Below the pieces are notes generated by a model that made no database searches, was not told the origin of the DNA, and saw nothing but the letters and a program-made list of their open reading frames with translations. A DNA stretch of 64,000 nucleotides from Saprolegnia diclina VS20 (lineage: Eukaryota). Positions within the stretch are counted from its first letter, which is position 1. Each line of letters opens with the position of its first letter. The stretch lies in NCBI RefSeq assembly GCF_000281045.1, contig NW_008246096.1, positions 588,497 to 652,496 on the forward strand. Direction: 5' to 3'. A program made the translations under genes and the position numbers. Of this stretch, positions 60,954 through 64,000 are shown in pieces.

Positions 60954-62075
60954 TTACTGGTGCATGGTGACGTAGACGACGAGGAACGCGAGGAAGAGCA
61001 TGTACCACAAATTGAACTCGGGGTACTCATGCGGGTGGATCGACGGGCAGTGGATCTTGGGCGGCGCCGTGGCCGTCTCTTCATCAAAGCAGTCGCGCTT
61101 GCCACCAATGTGCACCTTGGGCGTCACCTTGGGCAGCTTGGTCTCCTTGCGCACTGGCTCCTCAACCTTGACGTCGTCCTTCACCTCGTCCTCGGCCGTC
61201 GTCGTCGTCTTCTCGTCGACAACGACAGGTGGCACAAATGGCTTGCGCACGTGGGGCTTGGGTACGTGTGCTTCAGGCGCCTCGGTGGCGTCGATGGTTT
61301 CGGGGAAGAGCATGCCCTTGAGCGAGTTATGCAGCTCGTGGATCGCCTGCTGCGTTGCGGCGTGCTGCTGGTGCTTGGCGCTGTGCTTGACGCGCGCTGG
61401 GCGCACGTACGGTGCCGACGGCACGAACGGCGCAAAGTGGCGCGGGCGGCTCGCGTGGTGCTTGGACATGTCGACGTGCGCAACCGGGTGCACTTCGTCG
61501 GCGAAATGAACGTGCTTCTTTTCGTCGTCGTCCGACGACGTGGACGACGAAGACGACGACAACGTCGCCTTGGCCGCCGCCTTGGCTTCGATCGTGGCTT
61601 CGACCTTGCCTTCGACACAGGGTTCGACGGTCGTATGGTGGACGTGGTGGGTGTGAATGTGGTGGCGCTGCGGCAGCGTGACGCGGGCCATGGGCACCTT
61701 GGGGGCCACGACTTCGGGCGCTTCCTCGGGTTCAATCTTGGGGCTCGACGACGTCGATCGGCGCCGGCGCTTGGTTGTGCGGAGTGTCTCGAGGCGGTGG
61801 CGGAACGAGTCGAGTGCGAACGCCGCCTTGTCGCTGTCGTTCAAGTCGATGTCCTTGAGGTGCTGGAAGAGCGACCCGAGGGCAACGTCCTTGATCGTCT
61901 TCGAGTGCTTGGCGGGCGGCGACGACTTGGTGCTGCTGCTGCTTTCTTCCACGTCGCTGTTGCCCTCGGACGACGTGGCGTCGGCGTCCATGGCCTTGAA
62001 GGTCACGGGGGCGTCAGTCGCATGCAATGCGTCGTCGACGAAGATGAGCGGCCGGCTAATGGTGGACGAGCACAT
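60954..62075 (-). CDS. Hypothetical low-complexity protein with C-terminal transmembrane helix
   Basis: Intronless ORF with strong coding codon bias and Ser/His/Pro/Glu-rich tracts. KHVHF (RVxF-like) motif. Terminal hydrophobic LWYMLFLAFLVVYVTM. Confidence 0.75.
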   Translation of the reverse strand: MCSSTISRPLIFVDDALHATDAPVTFKAMDADATSSEGNSDVEESSSSTKSSPPAKHSKTIKDVALGSLFQHLKDIDLNDSDKAAFALDSFRHRLETLRTTKRRRRSTSSSPKIEPEEAPEVVAPKVPMARVTLPQRHHIHTHHVHHTTVEPCVEGKVEATIEAKAAAKATLSSSSSSTSSDDDEKKHVHFADEVHPVAHVDMSKHHASRPRHFAPFVPSAPYVRPARVKHSAKHQQHAATQQAIHELHNSLKGMLFPETIDATEAPEAHVPKPHVRKPFVPPVVVDEKTTTTAEDEVKDDVKVEEPVRKETKLPKVTPKVHIGGKRDCFDEETATAPPKIHCPSIHPHEYPEFNLWYMLFLAFLVVYVTMHQ

Positions 62076-63528
62076 GGCGGCGCAAGATGGAAAATGATCC
62101 AACACCAACGATCGCCCACACGCGATCAAATGCGTTCTCCGGTCTTTGTCGTGCCCACAAAAACACGCTACGCGCTCGCGCGTCTCTTTACATTAGGTTG
62201 TGATCGCGACCGCTCCGGTTGCCACGTGGACCATCTGGCTCTTCCCTGCGAGGTGCGATCGAGGCGCATTGCGGTGCGTCGAGCAGGCGACGTCACTTGA
62301 GATCGGCGGCCGACCGCGACCATCGATGTGCATACGTTACTGGCAGAGAGGCATCGGCGCGGGCGTAAGCACGCGTATGACCGTCGCGCGTGAGAAAGAT
62401 ACGCGCGCGTTCTCAGGCGTCGACACAGCGAAACCGGCTCTGGGCCACCACGTGGCGTCGGCGAACCATGGACCACAAAATATATGGCTCGGGTGACTCG
62501 GACTTCAACCGGCCACGAGGCCGTGCGTAATACCAGCGCTGAGGGGCCCGACGTCCAGAATGGTAGCGCTTTAGACTGTAGCTCACATGCTACCTCCTGG
62601 CTCACACGTTCGAATCAAACGTAAAGACACGCTAGAAACCAAACCGTGGTTGAATAGACGAAGTTGCAACAGTCGCGCGACGACGCACCTTGTTGCATTT
62701 GGGTGCAGGCGATGACTGCCATCAGCTCCGCCCCAATTGGTCCGTTTCGACGGCGCGTCATCGCCACCACCAAGATCCGCGATCCTCATTCAATGGCCAG
62801 CGGTCGCTTGCAGGATCTATACACGGCTCTCTTGCCGAATACTACGTGAGACGTGGGCGAAACGTTCCCACGGCTTCTTCTCGAGTTCACGCAAGACGGC
62901 TGCAAGGCGGACAGCGGACGGCGGCCGTGTCGCTGCTTTGTGATACTCACGTTTTGGCCACTCGACCGGACCAGCGCCGGCAGCATCCCAGGCAGCGTCC
63001 CAATAAGGTGCTTGGTCGCTCGTCCCAGACCAAGATCCCACTTCATTTCAGAATATCTTTTGGTTTATTGCCGGCCCTGCCTAGTCCATTGAAGACGGGT
63101 ACAGTAGCTCAATGTACCATGCAGAAGCTCTCTAGACCCGCATATCCGAGTTTTCCTGCGCCATGGCCGCCGCCAGCCAAAATGGCCTTCAGCATAAACA
63201 AATGTACTAAACTTAGTATGCATATATACTCTCTAACTCGAGTATGTGGTGGTGCAACTCCGTCGCAGCCAACCCAAAATTTAAATTTCGCTACTTTCGG
63301 CGGCAATCGGTGATGTCCCACCGTGCACCTCCGCCAACCAACGCGACCAACTTGGGTGCCAAGTCGCACGACACAGTCCCACGATGACCAGCACAGACGG
63401 TCGGACAATAGGACGGTCGGGGTTGATGATGACCGATGTGCTGCTGGAAGATCATTCACGCTAGCATACTCTTTAACTCTTGGATTATTCGTGTCAAAAC
63501 TATATATAAATAAACAATATACGAGGGT

Positions 63529-63774
63529 TTAGATCTCGGGCTTGCCAAAGACGACCGCCCAGATGTCCACGTTGCGGTCGTCCTGCTTGGTAGCAGCGGC
63601 GGTGGGAGCTTCGTCCTTGGGCGAGAGGTCCGCAAGGCCTTCGGGGAGGGGCACGAAGGGCTCGAGGACGACCAGCTTCTCGTCGGCGACGGCGGCCGGG
63701 CGAGCGACGGCCTGGGACGCGTTCAGGCGCGAGAGAGCTGTGGGCGGGATGCGGGGAACGCAGCGGCGAAGCAT
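63529..63774 (-). CDS. Small (81 aa) hypothetical protein with mitochondrial-presequence-like N-terminus
   Basis: MLRRCVPRIPPTALSRLNAS... with GC3-rich codons. CCAAT boxes upstream (~63847, ~63912, ~63945) and an AT-rich 3' flank. Confidence 0.6.
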   Translation of the reverse strand: MLRRCVPRIPPTALSRLNASQAVARPAAVADEKLVVLEPFVPLPEGLADLSPKDEAPTAAATKQDDRNVDIWAVVFGKPEI

Positions 63775-64000
63775 CTTGTGTGTTTGGCGGATATTGCAGA
63801 ATGAAAGGATCGACGGGGTCTCCAGCTGCAACATATGCTGCGCGCTGATTGGCTCGCCGCGTTTACATCGCTACCTACGACGGTCGGTCATCCATATCTT
63901 ACTTCGATTCCACCAATCCACGCCAAGTTGAACCTCCACTAAGGCCAATCAGATGAAAGTTCAATCGGCGACAGTCAAGCTCGCATAGACAAGGTAAGAC

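Noticed and set aside
33597..62300. Other long antisense ORFs (for example 33597-34589, 35288-36640, 38743-39666, 58073-59257, 60924-62300)
   Set aside because: Each lies opposite a well-supported gene and reflects the same codon-bias artefact.

Overview
GC-rich eukaryotic genomic DNA with many short (about 38-60 nt) GT-AG introns and gene families typical of oomycetes. A saprolegnialean water mould such as Saprolegnia or Achlya is my inference. About 29 protein-coding genes can be supported by manual splicing. In order: an M1 aminopeptidase (5'-truncated by the window); a co-oriented array of six oomycete-type bZIP genes; an ARM-like protein; SepSecS; CLU1/clueless; BMT2; an LRR receptor-like pseudokinase; a START-like/FYVE-like protein; an NZF-LIM-DA1 peptidase; a CHAP amidase with possible peptidoglycan-binding-like repeats; a secreted tyrosinase; a PA-PA-ankyrin-Lon-like-IQ-WGR mosaic protein; a CPA1 Na+/H+ exchanger; a CAMK-like kinase; a TPR protein; MYCBP; a TPR-prefoldin fusion; a mariner-like HTH/coiled-coil protein; a GPH sugar symporter; an AFG3-like m-AAA protease; and three hypothetical proteins. 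No rRNA, tRNA, CRISPR array or intact transposon was recognised. The most unusual features are the diversified bZIP array (3.6-15.1 kb) and several odd domain fusions. All calls come from reading motifs by eye, with no database searches, so exon boundaries and start codons are provisional.
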